This document shows positions 8,102-17,434 of a DNA stretch of 36,162 bases, in pieces; the first letter of the stretch is position 1; every line of letters begins with the position of its first letter. Origin of the DNA: Nannocystales bacterium (GTDB taxonomy: Bacteria; Myxococcota_A; Polyangia; Nannocystales; Nannocystaceae). The position numbers and the translations under genes are program-made. The notes under the pieces are model-generated. The model saw only the letters and a list, made by a program, of their open reading frames with translations, was not told where the DNA came from and did no database searches. The DNA is taken from the NCBI GenBank assembly GCA_050633305.1, contig JBOEGF010000075.1, forward strand, positions 1-36,162, read 5' to 3'.

Positions 8102-10606
8102 CTACTCGGGCTGGATGACCGGGGGCGAGAAACCCGTGGGGCAGAACTGCTGCCCGCTTGGGACGGCGACGGTCTCCGTGTCGTCATCGATGGTCTGGAG
8201 GAAGGCGACGAGATCTGCGCGCTGTTCGTCCGTCGGCGAGAAGACCTGGTTGCCCGAGCGGAGGTGGCTGCCGAATTCGTCGGAGAGCAGCTCCTCCAAG
8301 GACGCGGCCGCGCCGTTGTGCAGGAAGGGAGCGCCCATCCCGATCCCCAGCAGGGAGGGGACGTTGAAGCCGTCGAGGCCCTGCGCGTTGCCGCCGTTTT
8401 GGCGGATCTCCGCCGCGCCGTGCCCATCCGGACCTGCGGCGTCGAAGGTGCCTACGCGCCGCACGACGCAGGAGTGTCGGTGCGGTGGGCCGTTGGCGTC
8501 GACGTCGATGACCGAGAACGTGGATGTGTCGGTGCTGGCGAGCTGGTCCGCTCGGACGTCGCCCACGTTGGCGACGCCTGCCTCGGCCAACGTGACCGTG
8601 CTGGCGTCGGAGTCGAGCAGCGGGTTGTAGTAGCGCTCCGACAACGTCCACAGCGCTCCGCCGTGGCAGTTTTGGCAGCCACCGTCGAGGAACACCTGCC
8701 GTCCCGCCTCGGGGTCGCCCGCGGTCACTGTGCGGGCGTGGGGGCTGCGGAGGCTCCGGATGTAGTCTTCGATGTGGTCCCAGTCGTCGGGCGTCGCGCC
8801 CCCGGCTGCCGCGGCGGCTGCACTGCCGCGGTTGAAGCCGTTTGTTGGATTGGCCACGCCGCCGGGTCCCACGAAGTCGATGCGGGCCGCGGTGTTCGGT
8901 GTGCCGTCTGCGTTGAGTCCGGCGTCCGAGACGATGGCCCCCGTTCCGTTCGCGACGCCGCGGGTGTTGAGCTCGAAGTCGTGAACCTCGTCAAAGATCG
9001 CGCTCCAGTTGAGAATGCGCTGCACGGATCCTGATGCATCGAACGTTGCGGTCAGGTCGACGGACTGACGCGGACCCGCGGGAAAGGTCCAGGTCACATT
9101 GTCGGTCGTTCCGAATGGGTGGCACGAGGCGCAGGAGACCCAGCCGTTCGCGGACCACCGAGCCAACCCGGTGTTGAAGAAACGCTGCCCTGCGAGGATG
9201 TCGGACTCGTCGGCGGCTGCGGGTTGGGGGGCCGACTCGACGTCCGCCACCGTTTCCTGCGCCGCGAGATCGGTGACGGTGACCGACCGGGCGACCTCGT
9301 TGTAGACGTACGCGGTCGTTCCCGTGATCGCGATCCCGGTCGGAGACAGGGACGCGGGGAGGAAGCTCGCGCCGGAGGGGGAACCTGCGACTGGCGGCGA
9401 GACCGACCAATCGACCCGCAACACCGAGTCGGAGGCGAGCGAGGCGACGTAGCCGAAGTCGCTGTTGGGGGCGAAGGCGATGTCGGCGGGGATGGCGACG
9501 AAGCGCTTGGGCGCGAGTTGTTCGTCAACCAGAGCATTGAGGTTGACGGTGCGGGCCTCGTCCACGGCTCCGCTGTCGACCTCGATCGCGTGGACCAGCC
9601 CTTGGACGTTCTGACGGAAGTCAGTCGTTGTTCCCAGCGGCTCCGGTGAGGCTCCCACCGAGGTCACGTAGAGATGAGCGTCGTTGAGGACGCAGCCGTA
9701 CAGCTGGTTGGGGAATGCACCGGAGCCCTTCGCGGCCGGAATGCCGGCGTCAGCGAACGCGTCGAGGGCAATCTCTTCGACCGATCCATCTCCCGCCGAC
9801 ACGGCGAACACCCGAGCCCTACGTCCGGTGTCTGTCGCCTCCTCCCCGGTTCGGTCGAGCGCGTAGAAGTCGGTGACGTAGAGGGTCTCGTCATCGTCGT
9901 CGTCGTCGAGGTCGTTGCTGACGCAGATGGCGTACGGCGCTCCACCCAGTGCCAGGGTGTCGAGCACCTCCATCGCAGCGGTGTCGATCACGCTCACCGA
10001 GCCGTCGGCCCAGTTCGAAACGTAGAGGCGTTGTCCGGTGGGGGAGAGGGTTCCGATACTGGGCTCGGACCCGACGTCGAGGACGCCGTCGACGGCGGGT
10101 GCTTCACCGTCGGCATCGACGATCCGACTGACGGAGCCGGAGCCCCGGTTGACGACGAAGACCTCGGTTCCCGCGGCGTTCCAGACGACCGAAGTCGGTT
10201 CGTCGCCCACGGGAACGCGGGCGAGCTCCACCGGCTCCGCGGCGCCGTCGATCTCGAAGATCGTCACGTCCCCGGTCGCTTTGTTGGCGACCGCGAGTCG
10301 GTCTCCGGCCTCGTTGGCGGCGATGGGGCCCCCCTTCGTTGGCCCCGCCGCGACCGTGATCTCGGGGTTGCCGGTCGTCTCGGTATCGGTCGGGTCGGCG
10401 CCGGTCGAGCCTCCGCTGGATCCGGAGGGACCCTCGCTCGTCCCGCCCGTCGAGCCTGTGGGCTCGGGGTCGGGGTTGCCGGTCGCGGATGTTGGGTCGT
10501 CGGTCTCCGCAGCCGCGGTGTCGTCGGAGGTGCATCCGAACAGCGCGAGCAACGAGGTCGAGGCCAGGAGGACGAGGGGGTCGAGGTTGGTTCGGCACAC
10601 AGGCAA
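8102..10606 (-). CDS. Lipoprotein with YVTN/YncE-type beta-propeller fused to a di-heme cytochrome c (bCcP/MauG superfamily) domain
   Basis: Lipobox LLALFG-C and a Ser/Thr/Gly/Pro linker. Propeller repeats VFVVNRGSGSVSRI, LYVSNWADGSVSVID, AYVYNEVARSVTV. Two heme motifs CASCH and CQNCH, GQRFF and GRQVF helices, LNW and FNVPSL..I...APFLHNG signatures. Confidence 0.85.
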   Translation of the reverse strand: MPVCRTNLDPLVLLASTSLLALFGCTSDDTAAAETDDPTSATGNPDPEPTGSTGGTSEGPSGSSGGSTGADPTDTETTGNPEITVAAGPTKGGPIAANEAGDRLAVANKATGDVTIFEIDGAAEPVELARVPVGDEPTSVVWNAAGTEVFVVNRGSGSVSRIVDADGEAPAVDGVLDVGSEPSIGTLSPTGQRLYVSNWADGSVSVIDTAAMEVLDTLALGGAPYAICVSNDLDDDDDDETLYVTDFYALDRTGEEATDTGRRARVFAVSAGDGSVEEIALDAFADAGIPAAKGSGAFPNQLYGCVLNDAHLYVTSVGASPEPLGTTTDFRQNVQGLVHAIEVDSGAVDEARTVNLNALVDEQLAPKRFVAIPADIAFAPNSDFGYVASLASDSVLRVDWSVSPPVAGSPSGASFLPASLSPTGIAITGTTAYVYNEVARSVTVTDLAAQETVADVESAPQPAAADESDILAGQRFFNTGLARWSANGWVSCASCHPFGTTDNVTWTFPAGPRQSVDLTATFDASGSVQRILNWSAIFDEVHDFELNTRGVANGTGAIVSDAGLNADGTPNTAARIDFVGPGGVANPTNGFNRGSAAAAAAGGATPDDWDHIEDYIRSLRSPHARTVTAGDPEAGRQVFLDGGCQNCHGGALWTLSERYYNPLLDSDASTVTLAEAGVANVGDVRADQLASTDTSTFSVIDVDANGPPHRHSCVVRRVGTFDAAGPDGHGAAEIRQNGGNAQGLDGFNVPSLLGIGMGAPFLHNGAAASLEELLSDEFGSHLRSGNQVFSPTDEQRADLVAFLQTIDDDTETVAVPSGQQFCPTGFSPPVIQPE

Positions 10607-10760
10607 ATCGTTTCTTTCAGGTCAATGCCGTCGGTGGACGTGCGCACCCCGACCGACACACCGGCCCCCTTGCGCTCGTGGACACGAAGCGGGGCTCGAT
10701 CTGTTGGGTTTCGCCGTAGGGTACGCGGTGACGACGAACCTCAGCCTGTCACTGCCATTC

Positions 10761-10808
10761 CTACCGGACCACTATGGATGCAGCATGGCTGCAATAGCCT
10801 TGGTCTAT
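10761..10808 (-). promoter_or_regulatory. Putative LysR recognition site (10794-10808) and activation site (10761-10775) upstream of the di-heme/LysR genes
   Basis: ATAG-N7-CTAT dyad (T-N11-A) at 10794-10808, and a degenerate ATAG-N7-GTAG 33 bp closer to the gene. Candidate extended -10 TGaCAGGCT at 10751-10743. Confidence 0.6.
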
Positions 10809-10882
10809 CGGTGCTCGGCTCGGGCGCTTGTCGGACGTAGGTTCCCCCCAACGCCCGAACCCGCCCGGCGGGGTTCGCCCGG

Positions 10883-11527
10883 CTAGCTCTTGGGCTCTGG
10901 GTCGTCGCCCAGGTTGAGCTCTTTACTGCGCTGCTCGATGAGCTCGACGGTAGAGTCGCGGAGCGCGGCGGGGATCCCCAGCGCGATGAGCCGATCCTTG
11001 AGCATGGCCTTGCCGCGGAACAGCCGGCTCTTGACGGTGCCCTTGGCGATGCCCAGTTCTTCCGAGATCTCGGGGATGGATCGATCCTCCCAGTAGAACA
11101 ACTCCAACGCGGCCTTGAACTCCAGGGGCAGGAGTTCCAAGGAGCGCAGGAACAGTTGCTGAACATCGAGCCGGGCGACGGCGGCGCTGGGCGATGTACG
11201 AATGTCCCGGATGCCTGCCTGAGATGGGGTGACGACATCGCCACGGGCGCGTCGGCGCTCCCACTCCCGCATCAGCTGCCGCCGGGCGATGCCGAACAGG
11301 TAGGCGCGGAAATCGCTACGCACTCGGTCGCGCCCTGCGATGCAGGCCTCGAACGTTTTCTGGGTGAGGTCCTCGGCATCTCCACCGGAGTGAGCGTTGC
11401 TGAGGTTGGCGTCGAAGAAGCGGTAGACGCTGACGAAGTGGCGTCTGAGCAGCTCGTCTCCAGATTGGGTGTTGCCGCCGCGCCACGCGTCCAAGAGGTC
11501 CGGATCCGACCGTTTCTCGCCGCTCAC
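10883..11527 (-). CDS. ECF-type RNA polymerase sigma factor (second paralog)
   Basis: SDPDLLDAWRGG..SGDELLRRHF, canonical DAEDLTQKTF, FRAYLFGIAR, and region 4 ELGIAKGTVKSRLFRG. GTG start. Confidence 0.93.
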   Translation of the reverse strand: MSGEKRSDPDLLDAWRGGNTQSGDELLRRHFVSVYRFFDANLSNAHSGGDAEDLTQKTFEACIAGRDRVRSDFRAYLFGIARRQLMREWERRRARGDVVTPSQAGIRDIRTSPSAAVARLDVQQLFLRSLELLPLEFKAALELFYWEDRSIPEISEELGIAKGTVKSRLFRGKAMLKDRLIALGIPAALRDSTVELIEQRSKELNLGDDPEPKS

Positions 11528-11611
11528 AACCAGGTTCTAACACGATTCGGATTCCGGAGGATGCGGCCGCAAGGTCCCCCAACGTCGCCTGGCCGCGTAC
11601 ACTCGGCCGGG

Positions 11612-12268
11612 ATGAGGCGGCTTGTCGTTGTCCTGGCGGTGCTCTTCGTGCTCGCCATCATTGCGGCGTTTGGGCTTTCTATCCTCGACCAGCGCATTCG
11701 TGTCGAAGCGGAACAGCAGGCGGCCGAGCGCCTCGGTCGAGAGCTTCCGATCGAGGGCACGCCCCGGGTCCACATCGAGAGTTTCCCCTTCGTGCTCCGC
11801 GTGTTGAACGACGGGTCGGTGGAGCAGCTCGAGGTCTCGATGCGTTCGCTCGAGTCCAACGGTGTCCGGGTGGACGAAGCGAAGCTGACCATCGAGGGGC
11901 TGGTGCTCGATCGCGACGCCCTGCTCGACGACCACGAGATCAAGCTCGTGTCGATCGAGCAGGCGAGGGTCGACGCTTGGGTCAGCGCCGAGGACCTCTC
12001 GCGGGTCGCGAAGTTGCCCGTGGAGATCGAGGAGGGTGAAGTGTCGGTCACGTATCGCGGAAAGGAATACACAGGGACCGCCAAGGTCTCGAAACACGCG
12101 GTGTTGCTGCTGGTCGACGGCGTCCCGCCGATCCTCAGTCCGCTTCCGTCGACGGACCTGCTGCCGTGCGAGCCCGACCTCGACATCGACGGCGACCGCA
12201 TTCATGTGGCGTGCACGGTCGACGAGGTACCCCCGGCCGTGGCCAAGGTCCTCGCGAAACGCGGCTGA
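11612..12268 (+). CDS. DUF2993 / LmeA-like membrane-anchored protein
   Basis: N-terminal TM MRRLVVVLAVLFVLAIIAAFGL, then AEQQAAERL...P.VHIESFPFVLRVL.G.VEQLEV, which matches the DUF2993 pattern. TACACT -10 is 8 nt upstream of ATG 11612. Confidence 0.65.
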   Translation: MRRLVVVLAVLFVLAIIAAFGLSILDQRIRVEAEQQAAERLGRELPIEGTPRVHIESFPFVLRVLNDGSVEQLEVSMRSLESNGVRVDEAKLTIEGLVLDRDALLDDHEIKLVSIEQARVDAWVSAEDLSRVAKLPVEIEEGEVSVTYRGKEYTGTAKVSKHAVLLLVDGVPPILSPLPSTDLLPCEPDLDIDGDRIHVACTVDEVPPAVAKVLAKRG

Positions 12269-12302
12269 TCGGCCGCCACGGGAGCCTGAACCCGGGCCAG
12301 AG

Positions 12303-14678
12303 TCAGACGAGGCCGGTACGTCGGCGCAGGATCCACTCTCCGCCAAAGGCCAACATCAGCAGGAGGGCCGAGGCCCACCCGTTCCACAGGGCGAGGTCGT
12401 CTCGCCCCTCGACCTTCATGTTGTCGCCAGCACCCTCGTCTGCGGACGCGGTTGGCAGGTCACCGGGGAGTTCTTCGTCGTCGCTCGCATCGACGAAAGC
12501 CCCCTTCGTCTTGGTGGCGAGTCGCTGCAGTCGGTCCATGCCGGGGTCGGCGTCGACCTTGGCGAGCTCGCGACCGGGCGGCTCCACGATGAAGACTCTG
12601 CGTGCTTCGTGCAGGCCGGGGTCGTCCTCGGAGGCCATGGTGGCTGCGGGCGCTTCGCCGAGTTGACGCGTCGCAGAGGCCACATAGGCCCCCACGGGGA
12701 GCGCCTCGAGTGCCTCGGTGGCGTTTCCTTGCGCATCCGATGACCAGCGGCCTTCATGGATCGCATCGGCGTCTGGCCCGTCGTCGAGCCGTTGGAGGCG
12801 CCAGGGGATCTCGATATCGGGTTCGGGGGCGTAGGCGGCGGATAGCGCACGTGCCTGGAGTTCGACGGTCTCTCCGACGCGGTACCGCGGCTTGTCGGTC
12901 TCGAGCGAGAGGCGGCCCGAGCTGTCGTCACGCAGCAACCAGCGAATCGCACCGAGCCACAGGAGATCGTAGGGCCGAGCGCCGTCGATGAGCGGGAGTC
13001 GAGGTGCGAATCCCATTCGCCAGGTGGAGCCGGTTGCAAGGAGCATCACCCGACCTTGACCGGGCTCGGCGACGGCGAGCAGCGGCGCCGCGCTCCCGTC
13101 TCGGCCACGGTCGTCCGGATGCTCGAGCAGGACCGACGCCCCCACGCGAGAGGCCCACGGAGCGAGGGGCATCGCGTTGAATGTGTCGAGTTCGGGCAGA
13201 GCGTCCCATCCGCCCTCGGCACCATCGAGCCACGCGGTGATCGGGTGGCGCCGGCCTGCCTCGGAAACCTGCGGCCGGTAGGGCCCCGCTCGGTTGTCCG
13301 ACGGGGTTCGGGTGTCGACCGGGAGAATGCTGCTGATCGCGCGTGGGGCATACCCGCCGTCGGCGAGCCCGAGGTCGCCGCCGATCATCACCAGCGCTCC
13401 GCCGTCGAGGACGTACTGGGCGATGTTGTCGACGTAGCCGCCCACCTGGTGCTGGACTGCGTCGAAGTTGTGCAGCACGACGAGGTCGAACGAGCCGAGC
13501 TGCTCCTCGAAGAGTTCGTCGGTGGGGAAGGGGATCAGCGACAGCGGAGCGGTGGTGTCCTCCCGGGCGATGTCGTCGAACCCGCGCAGAATGTAGTAGC
13601 TCAGCAGCTCAACGTTGGGATCGCGACGCAGCAGGACCCGAAGCGCGCGGACGTCCCAGTCGGGCCGACCCGCGACATGGAGCACACGAACTTTGTCGCG
13701 GAGCACCTTCTGCACGAAAGCCTGCCGGTTGTTGTCGGTGGTGGCCTCGCCCTCCAGCGGCTCGACGACGATCTCGTAGACGAACTGACCGATTCGATCG
13801 GGTGCGACCTCGAACCGGACTTCGTGAGGGACGCCGTCTCCGCGAAGAACCAGCGGTCGCTCGAACACGACCTCTCCGTTGCGGCGAAGCTGAACCGTGG
13901 TGGACTGGTCGCGGAAACCGTGGGCGACGAGGGTGGCCTCGATCTCGGTCACGTTCTCCACGAACGCGAACTCACCGGCTCGAACCTCAGCGACGGAGAT
14001 GTCGCGAATCTCCGGGGCGCCGAGGCTGACCGTGGTGATGGGCACGCCGAGGGCCTCTGCGACAGACAGTACGTGTTGGTCGGTCGCGCGGTCGGGCGCG
14101 ACCAATCCGTCCGAGAGCACCACGACACCGACCACGGGGATCCGCTGGGTTGGATCAGCCTCCCCAAGCTCCGAGAGTGCGGCGGCCAGATCGCTCCCGC
14201 CGCCGTTGGGTGTGCCCTCGAGGGTCTCGGCGACGGCCGCCGACAGCGGCGTGGTGCTGAGATCGAAACCTCGGACGTCGACGAGCAGGCCCTGCTGTGC
14301 CCATTCCGCGCGGGCGGGGGCGCTGCGGGCCCAGACCGCCTCGAGCCGAGCCTGTCGACGTTGTGCAGTCGTCTCCGTGTCGACTGAATCTGCCAGGTCC
14401 ATGCTGGCGGAGCGGTCGACCAACACAACGACGCGGCGCCCCAGCGGACTGACCTGCTCGATGCGGAGCGTGAGCTCAAAGGCGATGCCCACCACGGCCG
14501 CGATGGAGACCAGGCGGAGCAGCAGCAGCGCGCTGGCGCGTGCCCGCGTGGTACCCAGCGGAGGCTGCCGGAAGGCTCGGATGCCTTCGACGGTGGCGAG
14601 CACCGCTCCAATGACGACCAACGCGATCGCCCACAACGGTGGCGTGAAACCGGCGGCGAGGGACCAACGGGCGTCCAT
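12303..14678 (-). CDS. Membrane protein with vWA-like, Ig/CARDB-like and GATase1-like (DUF1355-type) domains
   Basis: Two N-terminal TMs (LLLLRL..), VVVLVDRSASM and VVLSDG (vWA), LEGEATTDNN, KVRVLHVAGRPDW, LSLIPFPTDELF, YVLDGGALVMIGG, and a C-terminal TM ending EWILRRRTGL. Confidence 0.75.
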   Translation of the reverse strand: MDARWSLAAGFTPPLWAIALVVIGAVLATVEGIRAFRQPPLGTTRARASALLLLRLVSIAAVVGIAFELTLRIEQVSPLGRRVVVLVDRSASMDLADSVDTETTAQRRQARLEAVWARSAPARAEWAQQGLLVDVRGFDLSTTPLSAAVAETLEGTPNGGGSDLAAALSELGEADPTQRIPVVGVVVLSDGLVAPDRATDQHVLSVAEALGVPITTVSLGAPEIRDISVAEVRAGEFAFVENVTEIEATLVAHGFRDQSTTVQLRRNGEVVFERPLVLRGDGVPHEVRFEVAPDRIGQFVYEIVVEPLEGEATTDNNRQAFVQKVLRDKVRVLHVAGRPDWDVRALRVLLRRDPNVELLSYYILRGFDDIAREDTTAPLSLIPFPTDELFEEQLGSFDLVVLHNFDAVQHQVGGYVDNIAQYVLDGGALVMIGGDLGLADGGYAPRAISSILPVDTRTPSDNRAGPYRPQVSEAGRRHPITAWLDGAEGGWDALPELDTFNAMPLAPWASRVGASVLLEHPDDRGRDGSAAPLLAVAEPGQGRVMLLATGSTWRMGFAPRLPLIDGARPYDLLWLGAIRWLLRDDSSGRLSLETDKPRYRVGETVELQARALSAAYAPEPDIEIPWRLQRLDDGPDADAIHEGRWSSDAQGNATEALEALPVGAYVASATRQLGEAPAATMASEDDPGLHEARRVFIVEPPGRELAKVDADPGMDRLQRLATKTKGAFVDASDDEELPGDLPTASADEGAGDNMKVEGRDDLALWNGWASALLLMLAFGGEWILRRRTGLV

Positions 14679-14681
14679 CGG

Positions 14682-15572
14682 CTATTTCCACCGCCGCGAA
14701 CGCAGCAAGGTCTCCACGTGGGCTCGGTCGGCCTTGTAGTCCGTACAAGTCGCGTAGAGCAGGATGTTGACACCCAGGCGAATCGCCCACTCGCGCTGGT
14801 CGCTGCCGCCGGGGCTGCACGGGTACGCTGCGAGGCCGCTCTCGGTCTCGGCGAGCGCTCCACCGAGGTCGTTGCGGGTCAGCATCACCTTGAGCCGGCC
14901 TTCTTCTTGGACGGCGAGCAGACTGTCGTGGACTTGGGTGCGGCCAAAGGGGAAGTCGACCAGGTAGAAGCTGCGGTACACGACGTGCTCGCCCGAAACC
15001 GGGGCGAGCTCGGAGCCAGGCATGATGCGCCCGAGAAGCTCGCGCACTGACCGGGTGAAGGCGAGGTCCGCCCCGCCGTCGGCGGCGTCGAACAGAATGA
15101 GCCCACCGAGGTCGATGAAGCGCCGTAGGTTTTGCTCGGCTTCGTCCTCGAGCTTCGGCAGGGCCCCCTCACCGGCGACGTAGAGGAACGGCGTCTCAAA
15201 GAGCGCGCCTTCGGTCGGTCCGACGGTCGAGGGTTCGGCGACGGGCTCCAGCCGGGTGCGGAGTCGGAGCTCCCGGGCCAGGACTCGCATCGCGCCGGGG
15301 CGCGGCGACCAGCTCCCTGGGTAGCGTAGTTGCGGGAGGTCGAGCCGGATCGGATCTCCGCTGGACGGTGTCCAACCGCTGAAACCGCCCGGTGCGTGCG
15401 GGGGCGGGGCCGCGAGCACGGTCGGCTCCGGATCGGGTAGGGGGAACCGGAGTCCCGCCCGGGCAGGGGCTGCAGGGGTCTGGGCCCCACGGGCGCTGCC
15501 AAGCGCGCATAGTGGTGCGCTGGCGGCCAGACCTCGTAGAAGCCGGCGGCGGGTCGTCCTCGGCGGTCGCAT
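14682..15572 (-). CDS. DUF4159-domain protein with twin-arginine (Tat)-like signal
   Basis: TRRRLLRGL signal, LFETPFLYVAG, LRRFIDLGGLILFD, HVVYRSFY, AIRLGVNILLYATCTDYKAD. It ends 3 nt before the vWA/GATase gene. Start ATG 15572. Confidence 0.8.
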   Translation of the reverse strand: MRPPRTTRRRLLRGLAASAPLCALGSARGAQTPAAPARAGLRFPLPDPEPTVLAAPPPHAPGGFSGWTPSSGDPIRLDLPQLRYPGSWSPRPGAMRVLARELRLRTRLEPVAEPSTVGPTEGALFETPFLYVAGEGALPKLEDEAEQNLRRFIDLGGLILFDAADGGADLAFTRSVRELLGRIMPGSELAPVSGEHVVYRSFYLVDFPFGRTQVHDSLLAVQEEGRLKVMLTRNDLGGALAETESGLAAYPCSPGGSDQREWAIRLGVNILLYATCTDYKADRAHVETLLRSRRWK

Positions 15573-15644
15573 GCGGATTCGGTATCCCGTATTCTGCCCA
15601 TGATCACGCCGCCGTGCACCTGCCGGCGTCGTGGGCCTGGGTCC

Positions 15645-16625
15645 ATGAGCATCCTGGAAGTCCAAGACCTCCGCAAGACGTTCACGCGAGGCTTTTCGCG
15701 TCGAAAGACAGAAGCGGTCCGCGGAATCTCTTTCTCCGTCGACCCGGGCCAGGTCTTCGGGTTCCTAGGGCCCAACGGCGCCGGAAAAACGACGACCATC
15801 AAAATCTTGATGGGGCTGATCTTTCCGACCGCGGGCCGGGTCTCGGTGCTCGGCGCGCCGGCGGGGGATCGCGCGGCCAAGGCACGACTCGGATACCTGC
15901 CGGAAAACCCGTACTTCTACGACTACCTCTCGGCGCCAGAGCTGCTCGACATGGTCGGCCGCATTCACGGGCTGGACCGCGCTGCTCGTCGCAAACAGGT
16001 GGGCGAACTCATCGAGCGGGTCGGCTTGGCCCACGCAGGCAAGCGCCCGCTTCGCTCGTTCTCCAAAGGCATGCTGCAACGCTGTGGCCTCGCCCAAGCG
16101 TTGGTCGGGGACCCCGAGCTTGTCGTTCTCGACGAGCCCATGTCGGGTCTCGATCCGCTTGGCCGCAAGGAGGTTCGAGACCTGCTGCTCGAGCTTCGCG
16201 ACCGAGGAAAGACGGTGTTCTTCTGCACGCACATCTTGGCGGACGCCTCCATGCTCTGCGATCGGGTCGGGATCATCGTGCAGGGCGAGCTCCGGGATAC
16301 GGGGCCTCTGGGTGAGCTGCTGAGCCCGAAGGTGCAAAGCGTCGAGGTTGTCTGGCGGGCGCCGAGCACCGAAGCAGAGTCGTCTGGGGCTTCGCTGCGA
16401 GAGAGGGAAGGCGAGCACAAGACGACCAGTGAGGGAGAGGTGTTTCGGACCACCGACCCCGATGCCGCGCAGGCGTTTGTCCGCGCGGTTGTCGAGTGCG
16501 GCGGAATGGTCGCTTCGGTTCACCCCCACCGGCAGAGTCTCGAGGAGCTATTTGTGTCTGAGGCCAACGCCCACCCCAACCCCGAATCCTCGCCCGATGG
16601 GGCTGGCGGGAGGGACGTCGCGTGA
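15645..16625 (+). CDS. ABC-2 type transporter ATP-binding protein (PilH-like)
   Basis: Walker A GPNGAGKTT, GYLPENPYFYDYL, signature FSKGMLQR, Walker B VVLDEP, H-loop CTHIL. Confidence 0.92.
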   Translation: MSILEVQDLRKTFTRGFSRRKTEAVRGISFSVDPGQVFGFLGPNGAGKTTTIKILMGLIFPTAGRVSVLGAPAGDRAAKARLGYLPENPYFYDYLSAPELLDMVGRIHGLDRAARRKQVGELIERVGLAHAGKRPLRSFSKGMLQRCGLAQALVGDPELVVLDEPMSGLDPLGRKEVRDLLLELRDRGKTVFFCTHILADASMLCDRVGIIVQGELRDTGPLGELLSPKVQSVEVVWRAPSTEAESSGASLREREGEHKTTSEGEVFRTTDPDAAQAFVRAVVECGGMVASVHPHRQSLEELFVSEANAHPNPESSPDGAGGRDVA

Positions 16626-17434
16626 GCCCGTTCGGTCAGTCGCTGGCGCGGGTTTGGGCGGTCGCGCTCAACACGTTTCGCGAGGCGATGCGCAACCGTG
16701 TGCTCGCCGTGCTGCTCTTGTTTGCCGTGGGGTTGATGGCCTTCAGCCTGGTGCTGGGCGAGCTCTCGCTGCACGAGGAGGTGCGTGTCATCAAGGACCT
16801 GGGCCTCGCGGGGATCAGCTTCGTCGGCATCCTCATGGCGCTGTTCCTCGGCGTGAACTTGCTGAGCAAGGAACTCGATCGCAAGACCGTGTTCTTTGTG
16901 ATCCCCAAGCCGCTGCATCGCTGGGAGTTCTTGCTGGGCAAGTTCGTCGGTCTCGCCGTCACGCTTGGCTTGCTCACGGGGCTGATGGCGGTGGTCTTGG
17001 CGATCTTTGTGGTCAGCAACGGTGGGACACACGGCGTCGCGATGGTGCGGGCCGAGCTTCTCGTCCTCCTCGAGTTGCTCCTGCTCACCACCGTCGCGAT
17101 GCTCTTCAGCGCGTTCAGCTCGCCGTATCTGTCGGCGATGTTCACCGGCGCGCTGTGGATTATCGGTCGCAACACGCCTGAACTTGCGGCGTTCGCGGGT
17201 GGCAAGCTGGAGGGGTCTGCGTTGGGCACGCTGCTTGGCGTGGTGGCCTCAGCCGTCCCCGATTTCCACCTGTTCTACATCTCGGGCGGCAACCTCGAGG
17301 GCAACATCGTGTCGATCCATGAGGGGTTCGTGAGCTGGGCCTACGTCGCGCAGGCGGCTGGGTACGCTGGGCTCTACGGCAGCGCCTGCTTGTTGATGGC
17401 GGTTGCCTTGTTCGCCCGACGAGACTTCACGTGA
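16622..17434 (+). CDS. ABC-2 type permease (PilI-like)
   Basis: GTGA overlap with the ATPase gene. ALNTFREAMRNR, KELDRKT....PKPL.RWEFLLGKF, about 6 TMs, C-terminal FARRDF. Confidence 0.88.
   Translation: MSPFGQSLARVWAVALNTFREAMRNRVLAVLLLFAVGLMAFSLVLGELSLHEEVRVIKDLGLAGISFVGILMALFLGVNLLSKELDRKTVFFVIPKPLHRWEFLLGKFVGLAVTLGLLTGLMAVVLAIFVVSNGGTHGVAMVRAELLVLLELLLLTTVAMLFSAFSSPYLSAMFTGALWIIGRNTPELAAFAGGKLEGSALGTLLGVVASAVPDFHLFYISGGNLEGNIVSIHEGFVSWAYVAQAAGYAGLYGSACLLMAVALFARRDFT

Noticed and set aside
7086..8630. Long antisense or alternate-frame ORFs (e.g. 7086-8630+, 13056-14387+, 23001-24128-, 27507-28748-, 30371-31564+)
   Set aside because: They overlap well-supported genes, have no motifs, and are expected shadows of high-GC codon bias.
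10856..10877. Hairpin after the second ECF stop as an intrinsic terminator
   Set aside because: The stem is imperfect and has no U-tract on either strand.
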